IMG/VR virus record: IMGVR_UViG_3300025407_001359
Direction: 5' to 3' (one strand)
Source of the DNA: a virus
DNA length: 64,000 nt
Below the pieces are notes generated by a model, which had not been told where the DNA came from, searched no databases, and saw only the letters and a program-made list of their open reading frames with translations. Position numbers and translations under genes: made by a program. Shown in pieces: positions 19,266 through 29,583 of this stretch. Each line of letters starts with the position of its first letter. Positions within the stretch are counted from its first letter, which is position 1.

Positions 19266-19288
19266 TTTAGACTAAATACTTGCAATAC

Positions 19289-19330
19289 ACCCGCTAGGTG
19301 GTATTATATTACCTAACCCTAGCGGGTTTT
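19289..19330 (+). terminator. Intrinsic terminator after groEL
   Basis: ACCCGCTAGG...CCTAGCGGGT plus TTT. Confidence 0.75.
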
Positions 19331-19365
19331 TAGTTCAAGCATAAATACATTAAAGGAATACTAAA

Positions 19366-19746
19366 ATGTCAGAAGTTACCAAAAATATATTGTACACCCT
19401 GTACGCACAGTCAGATCTACCACACGCTGAAGAAACAGCAAACCTGCGTCAGTGGGTTGCCAACAATGGCCTAGATTCAGCAGTTAGCCAAATTGAACCA
19501 GGTCCTTACACAACACCAGCCAATGTAACAGTTGATTATTGTGTTCAGTTTGGGATAACAGCACCATCTTTAGTAAAACTTACAAAATCACAAACATCAG
19601 ACGCAATTGAGTGTACTAAAATTGCCGAAGGCTCAGCTGCAATTTTGGCTTTGACAGCAGAACAAATCACTGCTCTTAAAAACGAATACGACAGATTCAT
19701 AAACGGCACAGGCAACAAGCCAGTGGTTGCACGTAGAATTGGTTAA
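19366..19746 (+). CDS. Hypothetical late protein
   Basis: TAAATA at 19342, AAGGA RBS. Confidence 0.7.
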   Translation: MSEVTKNILYTLYAQSDLPHAEETANLRQWVANNGLDSAVSQIEPGPYTTPANVTVDYCVQFGITAPSLVKLTKSQTSDAIECTKIAEGSAAILALTAEQITALKNEYDRFINGTGNKPVVARRIG

Positions 19747-19774
19747 TTTTTAAGTTAGCACACACTAACATAAC

Positions 19775-19798
19775 AAACCCGCTGAGGCGGGTTTTTTA
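19775..19798 (+). terminator. Intrinsic terminator
   Basis: AAACCCGC-TGAG-GCGGGTTT plus a T-run. Confidence 0.85.
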
Positions 19799-19833
19799 TT
19801 GACCATTAAAGATCATAATGCTATACTAGTGTT

Positions 19834-20298
19834 ATGAAATATTTTGCATATGGTATGAATACCAATTTAGGCCAAATGGCCAATCGTTGCCCCAACGCCA
19901 AGAGCTTGGGCCGAGCCACTTTGATCGGGCACGAATTTCGATTTGCACGTCACGCAGATATAATCGAAAATCCCGATTATAATACTCAAGGAGTGCTGTG
20001 GGAAATCACCGCCGATTGCGAACACAATCTAGACGCATTAGAAGGTTTCCCCACCTATTATCTAAAGAAAATGGTCAGAGTATTACATAATGGTCGGGCT
20101 GTAGAATGTATGGTATATTATATGGCCGGCGATTATCCAGACGAATTACCCAGCGATGGATATTTAGAAATGTTATTTGAAGGTTATCAAGCACATAATA
20201 TCGATACTGAACAAATATACAGTAGCCTGGCCCTAATTGAACAGATCGATATACGTCGAGCAGAAGCAGAAAAAACCTATTTTCAATATTTTAATTAA
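19834..20298 (+). CDS. Gamma-glutamylcyclotransferase (AIG2-like)
   Basis: YFAYGMN...GVLWEI...LDALEGFPTYY. Confidence 0.85.
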   Translation: MKYFAYGMNTNLGQMANRCPNAKSLGRATLIGHEFRFARHADIIENPDYNTQGVLWEITADCEHNLDALEGFPTYYLKKMVRVLHNGRAVECMVYYMAGDYPDELPSDGYLEMLFEGYQAHNIDTEQIYSSLALIEQIDIRRAEAEKTYFQYFN

Positions 20299-20305
20299 GG
20301 ATCGT

Positions 20306-20512
20306 ATGAAACTCAAGAACGCTATTATCAACGAATATGAAACAGCATTTCCATTTGAGCAAGAATATAATCTCTGGATTGCCGGTATGGAACGTGATTT
20401 TCAAGAAGAAGTAGAATATCGTGCAGGGTTAGTGGTCACTGACCAAACTCGGGTGGTGTTGCATAAAGACAACACCCAAGATCGTGGCTATTACATAGGT
20501 CTAGATCGCTGA
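20306..20512 (+). CDS. Small hypothetical protein (MKLKNAII...)
   Basis: AAGGA RBS before ATG 20306. Confidence 0.6.
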   Translation: MKLKNAIINEYETAFPFEQEYNLWIAGMERDFQEEVEYRAGLVVTDQTRVVLHKDNTQDRGYYIGLDR

Positions 20513-20579
20513 TTTTGGTTGACCCAAAAATGCCATAATGCTATAATACTTGTATAGTGAATAACAAGGAGCAACGATG
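20513..20579 (+). promoter_or_regulatory. Strong early promoter/RBS cassette, duplicated at 53233-53299
   Basis: TTGACC-17-TATAAT-ACTTGTATAG...AACAAGGAG; 59/67 nt identical to the 53233 copy. Confidence 0.8.
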
Positions 20580-20873
20580 CAGAACCATTTAGCAGATTTA
20601 TCAGTTGAAGAATTGCAAAGTTATTTGAGCGATTTCCATAAAGACTTTTTTGGTTTTCGTCCACGTTATGCTACTCCTGAGCAATGGCGTAGTCGTGAGT
20701 ATTTAGAAGCTTCGATCAATGCTATCCACAATCAAATGGATCGCTTGAAAGAGACCCGTGCCGGACGCGATGAACTTCGTGCCGCAGGTTGGGTGGTAGA
20801 GGAGTCAGATTTTGATGTGTTGGAACAGGCCGAAGAGCTTGCCGATGCAGACGCAGTATATTATGGTGCTTGA
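20577..20873 (+). CDS. Early hypothetical protein
   Basis: Directly downstream of the early cassette. Confidence 0.75.
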   Translation: MQNHLADLSVEELQSYLSDFHKDFFGFRPRYATPEQWRSREYLEASINAIHNQMDRLKETRAGRDELRAAGWVVEESDFDVLEQAEELADADAVYYGA

Positions 20874-20927
20874 CCTATAATTGTCAAAATAGTATAATAC
20901 TTGTATTAAATCAAAAAAGGAGCTAGT

Positions 20928-21974
20928 ATGTCAAACATATCTTTTATTCGCATCAAAAGTGGTGCTTATCGCACTACAGACGTCAGCGGTCAGGTTTTCC
21001 AATTGGTAGAACAGTTTAAAACCACTGCCAAAGGCAATTATGTGACTGTAAAAAACAGCGGCCGTTTCCCCGGCTTTCCAGAAGAAATCCGTGTCAAGGT
21101 AGACGCTATGAGCGATTATGATTTTGTTAGTGAAGCCGAGTTTGTTGAGCAAGGTAATACACCGGTCAAAGAAACTCAGGCATTAGAAACTGCACAAGAG
21201 AGTGACGAAGAAGTTATTGAACGTATTCGTCAGCGTTTTGAAATTTTGGACGAGATGGCCACTGCCGCTACCAACGGCGACATCCGTGCAATGATTGTAT
21301 CAGGTCCCCCAGGAGTTGGTAAGTCGTTCGGTGTAGAGCGTATTGTTGAGAAGGCTTGTTTGTTCGACCAGATTTCTGGCAAGCGTCTCCGTGCCGAAGT
21401 TGTCAAAGGTAGTGCCAGTGCCCTAGGTTTGTATACTACACTTTACAAGTATAGTGATTCAAACTGTGTGTTGGTATTTGACGACTGTGACTCAATTCTT
21501 GTTGACGATGTTGCACTCAACCTGCTGAAGGGTGCTTTGGACTCTGGTAAGAAGCGTAAGATTTCGTGGTTAAGTGATAGCAATATGTTGCGTCGCGAAG
21601 GCGTTCCGGACAGCTTCAACTTCAACGGCTCAGTGATCTTTATCACTAACCTTAAGTTCGATCAAATGAAAAGCCAGAAGTTGCGTGATCACTTGGATGC
21701 ACTACAATCACGTTGTCACTACCTAGACTTGACTCTTGACACAATGCGTGACAAAGTGTTGCGTATCAAGCAGATTGCCAAGGATGGTGAGTTGTTTGCT
21801 GAGTATGATTTTGAGCAAGCAGTACAAGACGAAATCATTGAGTTCTTGGAAGAGAACAAGAATAAATTCCGTGAAATGAGCTTGCGTATGGCAATCAAGG
21901 TAGCAGACTTACGTAAGAGCTTTCCGCTCAAATGGAAGGCTATGGCTCAAGTTACTTGTATGAAAGCTGCTTAA
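20928..21974 (+). CDS. AAA+ ATPase of unknown function
   Basis: Walker A GPPGVGKS, Walker B VLVFDD, ALQSR arginine finger; own sigma70 promoter. Confidence 0.85.
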   Translation: MSNISFIRIKSGAYRTTDVSGQVFQLVEQFKTTAKGNYVTVKNSGRFPGFPEEIRVKVDAMSDYDFVSEAEFVEQGNTPVKETQALETAQESDEEVIERIRQRFEILDEMATAATNGDIRAMIVSGPPGVGKSFGVERIVEKACLFDQISGKRLRAEVVKGSASALGLYTTLYKYSDSNCVLVFDDCDSILVDDVALNLLKGALDSGKKRKISWLSDSNMLRREGVPDSFNFNGSVIFITNLKFDQMKSQKLRDHLDALQSRCHYLDLTLDTMRDKVLRIKQIAKDGELFAEYDFEQAVQDEIIEFLEENKNKFREMSLRMAIKVADLRKSFPLKWKAMAQVTCMKAA

Positions 21975-22549
21975 TGCTTAAACCGTTTGTACCAGTAGAC
22001 TGTGATCCTGTATTACAGTCTACTATCCAAACTAAAACCGTTGAGTTCTTGACAACACGGACTGAACTTTTTGATCATTTGGACGAGTTGAGTCTTTGGA
22101 ACAAACTGAATACAGCAGAGTATGTACGAGCAGTTCCTGAGTTGGTTCAGTGGACCAGAGACTTAGGCCTAAGGTTGCGTGAAGTAAGTGTTACAGTATG
22201 CAATAACAACCAAGATGTAGGATTGCACGTGGACGAGTTGCCGGTAACTGCCAAAATAAATTTTCCCATTTTGAATACTGCCGGCAGTTACAACGAATGG
22301 TATAGTGTACCCGAAGAAATTTTTAACTCAGTGACTCCGATTATCAACAAGTTTGGCAATGCCTATTACGATCTAGAGTCAGTGGATCTTGGCAAGTGTG
22401 AACTGGTAGGACGATTTGAATTGTTGCAACCGGTGGTGTTTAACAGTCAAATTCCACACAGTATTCGTATGCAGTCGGCTACACAATTTCCCAGATTGGT
22501 TTTGGCCTGTACATTTTTTAAGGAACCTGTAAACTTTTTATCGCTGTGA
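21974..22549 (+). CDS. Putative 2OG-Fe(II) dioxygenase-fold protein
   Basis: GLHVDE...PHSIRM...RLVL. Confidence 0.5.
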   Translation: MLKPFVPVDCDPVLQSTIQTKTVEFLTTRTELFDHLDELSLWNKLNTAEYVRAVPELVQWTRDLGLRLREVSVTVCNNNQDVGLHVDELPVTAKINFPILNTAGSYNEWYSVPEEIFNSVTPIINKFGNAYYDLESVDLGKCELVGRFELLQPVVFNSQIPHSIRMQSATQFPRLVLACTFFKEPVNFLSL

Positions 22550-22595
22550 TTCAATCTAGCTCCTGAATCACAGTCTGGCTCCCGAAGCCAGTTTG

Positions 22596-22625
22596 CCCCG
22601 GGTAGAAATACCTGGGGATTTTTTT
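22596..22625 (+). terminator. Intrinsic terminator
   Basis: CCCCGGGTA-GAAA-TACCTGGGG plus a T-run. Confidence 0.7.
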
Positions 22626-22658
22626 GACTTTGCAGTTTAAATACAGTATAATACACAT

Positions 22659-23840
22659 ATGAAATACTCATACCCACACATTGAAGATTACATTGAGTTT
22701 ATTGCTGGTTTTCGAGATGCCGCTGGCAAGAATGCCTACAGTATTTTTCAACTGCCGGCTAGTTCGTTGAACCTGGCCAGATACGATGTCAAAATTGTTG
22801 AAAGTTTTGCCGAGCAAGCACGTAACAACATTGGATTCACTGACAAGCAATCGGCCTTGGCTGTGGCATTGGTATTAAAATACGAGCGACAATTAAACAA
22901 ACACAAGATAGATATAGAATCTGTCAAAACAAATCCAGTATTTAGAAATCCCATTCGCAACATCGATCGCAGTACACGAGTGTGGGTCGAAGACAACCTA
23001 ATTAAAATACGTTTTCCGTACGATCAAAATCTTATTGAGCATATTAGAACCGAAAGTCGTGAAAGCTCTGGCCGCATACATTTCAACAGAGAAGCTCGAG
23101 TATGGCAAGCTGATTTGACTGAATACAATGTGAACCTGATATACACTTTTAGCAAGAACAACAATTTTGTCATTGACAAAAGTTTATCGGATCTGATGGA
23201 TTTGATTCTGTCCGCAGAAAAAAATTCTTACCGAATTGAATTGACACAACACAACGACCAATTGCATATTGCAAACGCTGCCAACAGTTTGATCGAGTAT
23301 GTTGACACAAATCTTGGTGGGTTTGGTCTTGACAATCTACTGCGCCTGGTTGATCATTCGCCCTTGCTGGGGTACACAGTTGATCCGGCTATTGAAGAAA
23401 CTGTTATCAAACAGCACGGTCCTAGGTTTTGGAGTTTGTGTACCAACAGAGAAGTCAAAGTAGATCGAAACGGGTCGCAAGTGGATCAGGTACAAGAGTT
23501 GATTGCCTACGCAGCTGTTACCAATAGATTTCCCATATATGTATACGAACCCGATCAAAGCAACCGATTGACAATGCAAATGATTGGATATTTTGACAAA
23601 GAGCAAGTGGCCAACCTAAACAACCGAGAACAAATAACAGCAGATACTCGTTTGATATACACCAATAAAATACCAAGAATTCCCGTGGGCAATATTCCTT
23701 TGTTGATCAGTACAGCAGGTATGCTGTTTGGCGGAGATCGTCAAGTGTGGATTCAGACAGCAGAGAAGGTTGTTTATTTTACAAATGATGTGTATAATAA
23801 GAATGTAAAAAAAGGACGAGACATTTGCAAGCTCGATTAA
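22659..23840 (+). CDS. Hypothetical protein upstream of the helicase (393 aa)
   Basis: Long ORF overlapping uvsW; TTGACT-17-TATAAT 6 nt before ATG. Confidence 0.75.
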   Translation: MKYSYPHIEDYIEFIAGFRDAAGKNAYSIFQLPASSLNLARYDVKIVESFAEQARNNIGFTDKQSALAVALVLKYERQLNKHKIDIESVKTNPVFRNPIRNIDRSTRVWVEDNLIKIRFPYDQNLIEHIRTESRESSGRIHFNREARVWQADLTEYNVNLIYTFSKNNNFVIDKSLSDLMDLILSAEKNSYRIELTQHNDQLHIANAANSLIEYVDTNLGGFGLDNLLRLVDHSPLLGYTVDPAIEETVIKQHGPRFWSLCTNREVKVDRNGSQVDQVQELIAYAAVTNRFPIYVYEPDQSNRLTMQMIGYFDKEQVANLNNREQITADTRLIYTNKIPRIPVGNIPLLISTAGMLFGGDRQVWIQTAEKVVYFTNDVYNKNVKKGRDICKLD

Positions 23841-25309
23841 TTATCAAAGACGAAGTCAACGTCAAGATCGAAGGATTGGATCTTAGTGATCGTACGGCTT
23901 TGGTTCGCAAGTTCAAATATGAAGTGCCGGGCGCTCGTTATCAGCCGGCAGTTAGACTGGGACGTTGGGACGGCAAGGTTGCCTTCTTTCAGCTAGGTGG
24001 ATCTAGTTACATCAATCTCCTGCCTGAAATCATTGAGTATTTGGAAAGTCGCAATTACGACATAGAAATTGAAGACCTCAGAGATTATTCAACCAGTTTT
24101 AGTTTTGAACAAATTACCGAAGACACGTTCAGCGACACGCTATGGCCCAAAGGTCATCCAGCCGAAGGTCAACCTATAGTACTTAGAGATTATCAAATAC
24201 AGATTCTAAACGAGTTTTTGGCCAATCCACAAAGCATACAAGAAGTGGCCACAGGTGCAGGCAAAACTATTATGACCGCGGCCTTGAGCAAAAGCGTAGA
24301 ACCTTATGGGCGATCAATTGTTATTGTTCCTAACAAGAGCTTGGTAACACAGACCGAAGATGACTATGTCAATATGGGTCTTGATGTTGGAGTGTACTTT
24401 GGTGATCGCAAAGACATTGGTCGTACTCATACCATTTGTACCTGGCAAAGTTTAAATGTCTTGTTAAAGAACACGCAGGCTGGTACAGGCGATGTCACCA
24501 TCGGCGATTTTATTGAAGATGTAGTGTGTGTCATGGTAGACGAAGTACATATGGCCAAAGCCGACGCATTAAAAACTTTGCTTACTGGTGTGTTTGCACG
24601 AGTACCTATCCGCTGGGGACTAACTGGGACTGTTCCCAAAGAAGATTACGAAAAAGTCAGTTTGTTTTGTAGCTTGGGTCCGGTAATAGGAAAATTAAGT
24701 GCAAGTGAATTACAAGAAGCCGGGCACTTGGCCAACTGTCACGTGAACATAGTACAGTTACAAGACTCGGTAGAGTACAGAGACTATCAAAGCGAATTAA
24801 AATACCTAGTGACCAATATTGATCGCGTGGCGTATCTGGCCAGATTGATTGACTCAATCAAAGATGGTGGCAACACATTGATCTTGGTTGATCGAATAGA
24901 AACTGGCCGCCTACTGCAAACAGAGCTAAGTACATTATTCAGCCTGCTGTCAGACAAACCCGACGTAGCTTTTGTCAGTGGTGCTACCAAAGCCGGGGAT
25001 AGGAAAGAAGAATATGATGACGTTGCGACAAGTACTAACAAGATTATTATTGCTACTTATGGTGTCGCCGCTGTTGGTATTAATATTCCTAGGATTTTTA
25101 ATCTTGTGCTTATTGAACCGGGTAAATCCTTTGTCCGTGTTATCCAGTCAATCGGCCGTGGTATACGCAAAGCGGAAGACAAAGACTTCGTTCAAATCTG
25201 GGACATAACCAGCACCTGTAAATTTGCCAAACGGCATTTGACCAAACGCAAGCAGTTCTACAAAGAAGCAAGCTACCCATTTACTATAGAAAAGGCCTCT
25301 TGGCAATGA
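23825..25309 (+). CDS. uvsW: Superfamily 2 DNA helicase, UvsW-like
   Basis: LRDYQ, ATGAGKT, DEVH, GLTGT, QSIGRGIR. Confidence 0.85.
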   Translation: MQARLIIKDEVNVKIEGLDLSDRTALVRKFKYEVPGARYQPAVRLGRWDGKVAFFQLGGSSYINLLPEIIEYLESRNYDIEIEDLRDYSTSFSFEQITEDTFSDTLWPKGHPAEGQPIVLRDYQIQILNEFLANPQSIQEVATGAGKTIMTAALSKSVEPYGRSIVIVPNKSLVTQTEDDYVNMGLDVGVYFGDRKDIGRTHTICTWQSLNVLLKNTQAGTGDVTIGDFIEDVVCVMVDEVHMAKADALKTLLTGVFARVPIRWGLTGTVPKEDYEKVSLFCSLGPVIGKLSASELQEAGHLANCHVNIVQLQDSVEYRDYQSELKYLVTNIDRVAYLARLIDSIKDGGNTLILVDRIETGRLLQTELSTLFSLLSDKPDVAFVSGATKAGDRKEEYDDVATSTNKIIIATYGVAAVGINIPRIFNLVLIEPGKSFVRVIQSIGRGIRKAEDKDFVQIWDITSTCKFAKRHLTKRKQFYKEASYPFTIEKASWQ

Positions 25310-25806
25310 GAATATTAACATTAGATAATACAGCATATCCCATGGACCAGGTCCCGGGAGAAATAGATGAGGTACGTTTTTGCGTACTTGACAACAGTGA
25401 TCCCAAGGACCCTGATTACTTTTACATTCCCTTGATCTTTTTAGAATCATTCAACAGCCCAGCTTTGGTACTAAAAATTGGCGAAAATGTTGTGCGTATG
25501 CCTGTGGACTGGCAACTACTGATTGGTGAACCCGACTTTGGCGATTTAGAAGTAGTACCGTTGACCAGTATCAATGATCGCGGTTTTAATGTTTTTACAT
25601 TCAATCCCTTGACCAGTTTCAAACCTGAGTTCCACCCGGTGGAGATTGTAGATATCTACCAAGATGTCAAATGGTATTTTCCCAAACTCAAACCCGGGCA
25701 ACTGTTGGCAATACCCCTAACCGAAGGCCCAGAACCAATGTGTGCTTTTTTCATCAAAGACATCAGTCGTCAAAGTGAGGTTATAGATTATAGCAAGGTT
25801 TGGTAA
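25306..25806 (+). CDS. Conserved hypothetical beta-rich protein
   Basis: ORF coupled to uvsW. Confidence 0.7.
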   Translation: MRILTLDNTAYPMDQVPGEIDEVRFCVLDNSDPKDPDYFYIPLIFLESFNSPALVLKIGENVVRMPVDWQLLIGEPDFGDLEVVPLTSINDRGFNVFTFNPLTSFKPEFHPVEIVDIYQDVKWYFPKLKPGQLLAIPLTEGPEPMCAFFIKDISRQSEVIDYSKVW

Positions 25807-26096
25807 TGACCATATACAAAGCCAGCCAGATATCGTCATATGATGTATATGAAAGTCCCGATGGTGGGCTAACCATATACAAACGCCAAGCCGGTTCAAG
25901 TGAACGAGTGCTACACAGCGTGGCACCCGAACTGCAAGCTCGTATTGAATTGGAACGCCGTCGTAACGAATGGATGGACATATTCAACACAGCCGAACGA
26001 ACGCCGGCTTTACAAGAAGCCATAGATCGTGTTATACTAGTGTATGAATTGTCACGTGACCCCAAAACACTACCGCCCGATTGGCATCCAGTATGA
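25806..26096 (+). CDS. Hypothetical protein
   Basis: TAATG-coupled ORF. Confidence 0.65.
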   Translation: MTIYKASQISSYDVYESPDGGLTIYKRQAGSSERVLHSVAPELQARIELERRRNEWMDIFNTAERTPALQEAIDRVILVYELSRDPKTLPPDWHPV

Positions 26097-26797
26097 GTAA
26101 TGTATTGCTAACATTTGGTGACAGTTGGCCTGCTGGCGGCAAGCTGGAGGACAAATCTCTAGCGTTTCCCACGCTCTTAGCTCAACGTCTGGGCCTAACA
26201 TTGGATGATCGCAGTCGTATTGCCACCAGCTTTGATCACGTGGTTATGTCGTTTACAAACTTCTTAGAGAAAGACTACAATGCCGACACACAATACACAG
26301 CACTATTCTGTATCACAGACATCAGTAGAGGCATAGCCTGGCATCCAAATGCAGTACCACCTGCACGTGATCAACTGTGGGAACAGGATCCGCACACACT
26401 AGAACTACAGGTTGGCAACACAGTGGACAATCTGTCGCCGGCCTATTACAAATACATACATTCGGAAAGATTAGAGTTATTTAATTATCACAAGAATGTG
26501 ACCTTGTTGACATTGTTGTGCCGAGAGTATAAAATCACAGACTACTACGTACACAATTTTTACAATCCAGAATTTGAGTTTCAAGTCATTGACCCGGTAA
26601 GGTTTTATCCCGGCACATTGAGACAAGTACTTGAAACAGCACCGTTCAAGGAGTATGTACCAAGTTACAGTACTGGTACGCCAACAGAAGCAAACGCTAG
26701 AAGCTCGCATCTGTTGTTTCCGGGTGGTCATCCAACAGTGGCCGGGCACGATGTGATAGCAACAGAACTAACCAAATGGATCAACAGTGGAAGATAA
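26093..26797 (+). CDS. SGNH/GDSL-hydrolase-like protein (paralogue 1)
   Basis: FGDSW...; C-terminal GHPTVAGH. Confidence 0.6.
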   Translation: MSNVLLTFGDSWPAGGKLEDKSLAFPTLLAQRLGLTLDDRSRIATSFDHVVMSFTNFLEKDYNADTQYTALFCITDISRGIAWHPNAVPPARDQLWEQDPHTLELQVGNTVDNLSPAYYKYIHSERLELFNYHKNVTLLTLLCREYKITDYYVHNFYNPEFEFQVIDPVRFYPGTLRQVLETAPFKEYVPSYSTGTPTEANARSSHLLFPGGHPTVAGHDVIATELTKWINSGR

Positions 26798-27257
26798 ATT
26801 AAGCATCAAAAGTGAGATGGCAGCATTTGATCGTAAAAACCGCGAGTTTTACGACAGCCTCTCAGATGAAGAAAAGAAAAAGTTTAGTCCGTTCTTGATG
26901 ATTCGGTATGGTGCCACTGTAACTGGTAATGCAGATTTACAGGCCTACTACTTGATGAGTTGTAACGAACGATTGAATAAAAATTTCTTCGACGTCAACG
27001 CCACACAGCACAAAAAGCTACAGTGGTTGTTGGCCACCACAGTGAGTCCGGGTATGGGCAATCAGTACCATCAGTGGTTGGCAGCCAAGAAACGAGAAAC
27101 TGGCAACAACAAGGCCAAGAAATTTTTACGCGAACTACGCCCTGATCTTGGTGAAGATGATATTGAGCTGTTGTCAGAAATTAACAATAAAGATGATCTT
27201 AAACAGTATGCAAAAAGTCTCGGCTGGGACGATAAACGAATCAAGTCCGATCTATAA
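26787..27257 (+). CDS. Clamp-loader small subunit, T4 gp62-like
   Basis: FSPFLMIRY...LQWLLATTVSPGMGNQYHQW resembles gp62 YSKFM...HFNYLMAAVPRGKRYGKW. Confidence 0.55.
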   Translation: MEDKLSIKSEMAAFDRKNREFYDSLSDEEKKKFSPFLMIRYGATVTGNADLQAYYLMSCNERLNKNFFDVNATQHKKLQWLLATTVSPGMGNQYHQWLAAKKRETGNNKAKKFLRELRPDLGEDDIELLSEINNKDDLKQYAKSLGWDDKRIKSDL

Positions 27258-27930
27258 GTGTCGGTATTGTGAAAAAGAATTCCGCAAAGAGTCCAGTCTT
27301 GCGGTGCATCTCTGTGAGCCCAAGCGACGTTGGCAACAGGAAAAGGAAGTGGGAGTACAACTGGGACTTAAAGCCTATTTGAGATTCTACGAAGTAACAC
27401 AAGGTAGCGCCAAGCTAAAAAGCTATGAAGATTTTGTTAGCAGTCCTTATTATAACGCTTTCGTCAAATTTGGACGATACTGTCAATCTGTACGTTGTAT
27501 TAGCTTTGTTAATTTTCTTGACTGGCTACTGCGTAATAATAAAAAAATAGACCATTGGTGTCGAGACACCTTGTATGAAGAGTGGATGCTGGAGTATCTA
27601 AAGAAAGAAGCAGTACAAGACGCATTGGAAAGGGCACTAAATGAAATGCAAGACTACGCAGACGACCACCCTGAGCTTAGGAATGGTTTTACTGATTATT
27701 TTATGTATGGCAACACTAACCGTATCTGTCATCATATCGCTACCGGTCGCATTAGCCCTTGGATTATATATAACTGTGACTCAGGGGTTGCGTTCCTTGA
27801 TGGGCTTACCGAAGAACAGGTGGTAATGATACTACCTTGGATTGATCCTGCACACTGGCAACGCAGGTTTCAAGATTATCTTGGTGATACCGAATGGGTC
27901 AAGGATGTGCTAAAGAAGGCAGGCTTATGA
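27208..27930 (+). CDS. Zinc-finger-containing hypothetical protein
   Basis: YKCRYCEKEFRKESSLAVHLC (C2H2/C2HC-like). Confidence 0.7.
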   Translation: MQKVSAGTINESSPIYKCRYCEKEFRKESSLAVHLCEPKRRWQQEKEVGVQLGLKAYLRFYEVTQGSAKLKSYEDFVSSPYYNAFVKFGRYCQSVRCISFVNFLDWLLRNNKKIDHWCRDTLYEEWMLEYLKKEAVQDALERALNEMQDYADDHPELRNGFTDYFMYGNTNRICHHIATGRISPWIIYNCDSGVAFLDGLTEEQVVMILPWIDPAHWQRRFQDYLGDTEWVKDVLKKAGL

Positions 27931-28520
27931 AATTTCGGTCAGACATTGACATTGACTTTGGAGATCGCACACAGGCCTTGCGGTTGTTAACGCACACGCC
28001 AGCCAGCATATTGCGTGACGACAAGTTGGTGCCGCACAACACTGGTATATATGTAACCGACATTCCGCAGGATCCGTTCACAGGTTTGGCCAGTATAGAT
28101 TATGAGGCAGCCGAAGACCGAGGCTATATGAAGTTGGACTTGCTAAACGTATCATTATATACGCAGATAAAGAATGAACAGCACCTGCAAGAATTAATGA
28201 CAGCCGAACCCTTGTGGGACTTGTTGTATGAGCCAGAGTTCTGTGGGCAGTTAATTCACATCAACAATCATTACAAGACACTAATTCAAATGCCCGAAGC
28301 TGTGACCACGATTGCTAGAATGGCCATGTTTTTGGCAGTAATACGGCCGGCCAAACGACACCTGATCGGACTGCCCTGGGCCGAAGTGGCCAAAACTGTG
28401 TGGGAAAAACCTGCGGATGGCGACTACTACTTCAAGAAAAGCCACGCAGTGGCCTATGCTCATTTGGTAGTGGTCAATATGAATTTGATTTGTGAACGGC
28501 TCAGCTACGGGTTTGCCTAG
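27927..28520 (+). CDS. Miniature DNA polymerase III alpha (family C) catalytic core, 197 aa
   Basis: SDIDIDF, HNTGIYV, MKLDLL, LAVIRP, YYFKKSHAVAYAHL in DnaE order. Confidence 0.75.
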   Translation: MKFRSDIDIDFGDRTQALRLLTHTPASILRDDKLVPHNTGIYVTDIPQDPFTGLASIDYEAAEDRGYMKLDLLNVSLYTQIKNEQHLQELMTAEPLWDLLYEPEFCGQLIHINNHYKTLIQMPEAVTTIARMAMFLAVIRPAKRHLIGLPWAEVAKTVWEKPADGDYYFKKSHAVAYAHLVVVNMNLICERLSYGFA

Positions 28521-28891
28521 GGCATTTTTCGTACCAGCGTAATTGATTTACGCTTGCTACGTTTACTGGCCATTTCTTTTAGGCTCACATACGGGCCCAT
28601 AATAATTTCTACGTCTTTTGAGTTCATGGTACGTAGACACGCTTTGAATATTGCCCAATCCTGTTTTAAAAACACATTGATCGGCATTAATCTATTGCTT
28701 TCCCACCACCAAGTTTCCCCCAAGCTCAGGAATAAACGCTTGACTTCAGTGTCTTTCAGTTGTCCAAAATCGTAAAGAGTAGTTATAACTTCGTCTGAAT
28801 TTTGTATGATGCCGATGTAATCATTACCGCCGTAGGTGATGTGAGAAAGGAAAGGGTAGGAGCTAAGTACTGATGTCTGTTCGTTATTCAT
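28517..28891 (-). CDS. Conserved hypothetical protein
   Basis: 124-aa ORF coupled to the GIY-YIG gene. Confidence 0.7.
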   Translation of the reverse strand: MNNEQTSVLSSYPFLSHITYGGNDYIGIIQNSDEVITTLYDFGQLKDTEVKRLFLSLGETWWWESNRLMPINVFLKQDWAIFKACLRTMNSKDVEIIMGPYVSLKEMASKRSKRKSITLVRKMP

Positions 28892-29519
28892 TATTCTTAC
28901 AATTATTAAAGTGATACCGGGTCATATTACCACCACCGCCGGTTTTATTACAATGCGGACAAGTTACTTTTTTAATATTGCGGATATCAATAACCCCGGA
29001 TTGTTTGCGTAGTTCCATTGATTTACGCCATTTATCTGTAGTTTCTTTAGTAATTGTTTTCCCTTTATGTGCTTGCCCTATTTTATCTCTATGTTCTTTA
29101 GACAATGGCAAACGTTTAATACCTTTTTGCGAGTCTGACAATCGTTTGCGGTGTATTTCTGATCTGTTTGGTAATTTTTTACCAGTATTACTAGCACTAA
29201 TTTTAGCACGAGTTTCGGCAGATCTATATGCTCCGCTAGATCCTTCTCCGCCATTGCTACGGTTATGTAAAATTCCAGTTCCTAAATCTTTACGACCAAA
29301 AATAGAAATTAATTTTGCCTCCAATTGGTGTGCCTCAGATTCCGATAGATTTTTTGCTATTATTTGTATTTTAGATCTATCTTTGGGGACAGTGACTGAG
29401 TGTTGTTTACTAAACATTCTCCAACCACAGCCCTTACCGATATAGTACGGTGTTCCGTTAGAGGATCGTGCATAAGAATATACATAAAATTTTGTTATCT
29501 GTTGAGTTAAATCTTCCAC
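28884..29519 (-). mobile_element. GIY-YIG homing endonuclease with NUMOD3-like repeats (likely GTG start 29519)
   Basis: FYVYSY...PYYIGKG..R; GILHNRSNGGEG; SAETRAKIS/HRKRLSDSQKG/HRDKIGQAHKG; minus-strand TATAAATA upstream. Confidence 0.8.
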
Positions 29520-29583
29520 GGTGTCCAATAATTGTTGTGCTTGTTTATTTATATTCTGGATACAGCCAATCAAAAGAATATCG

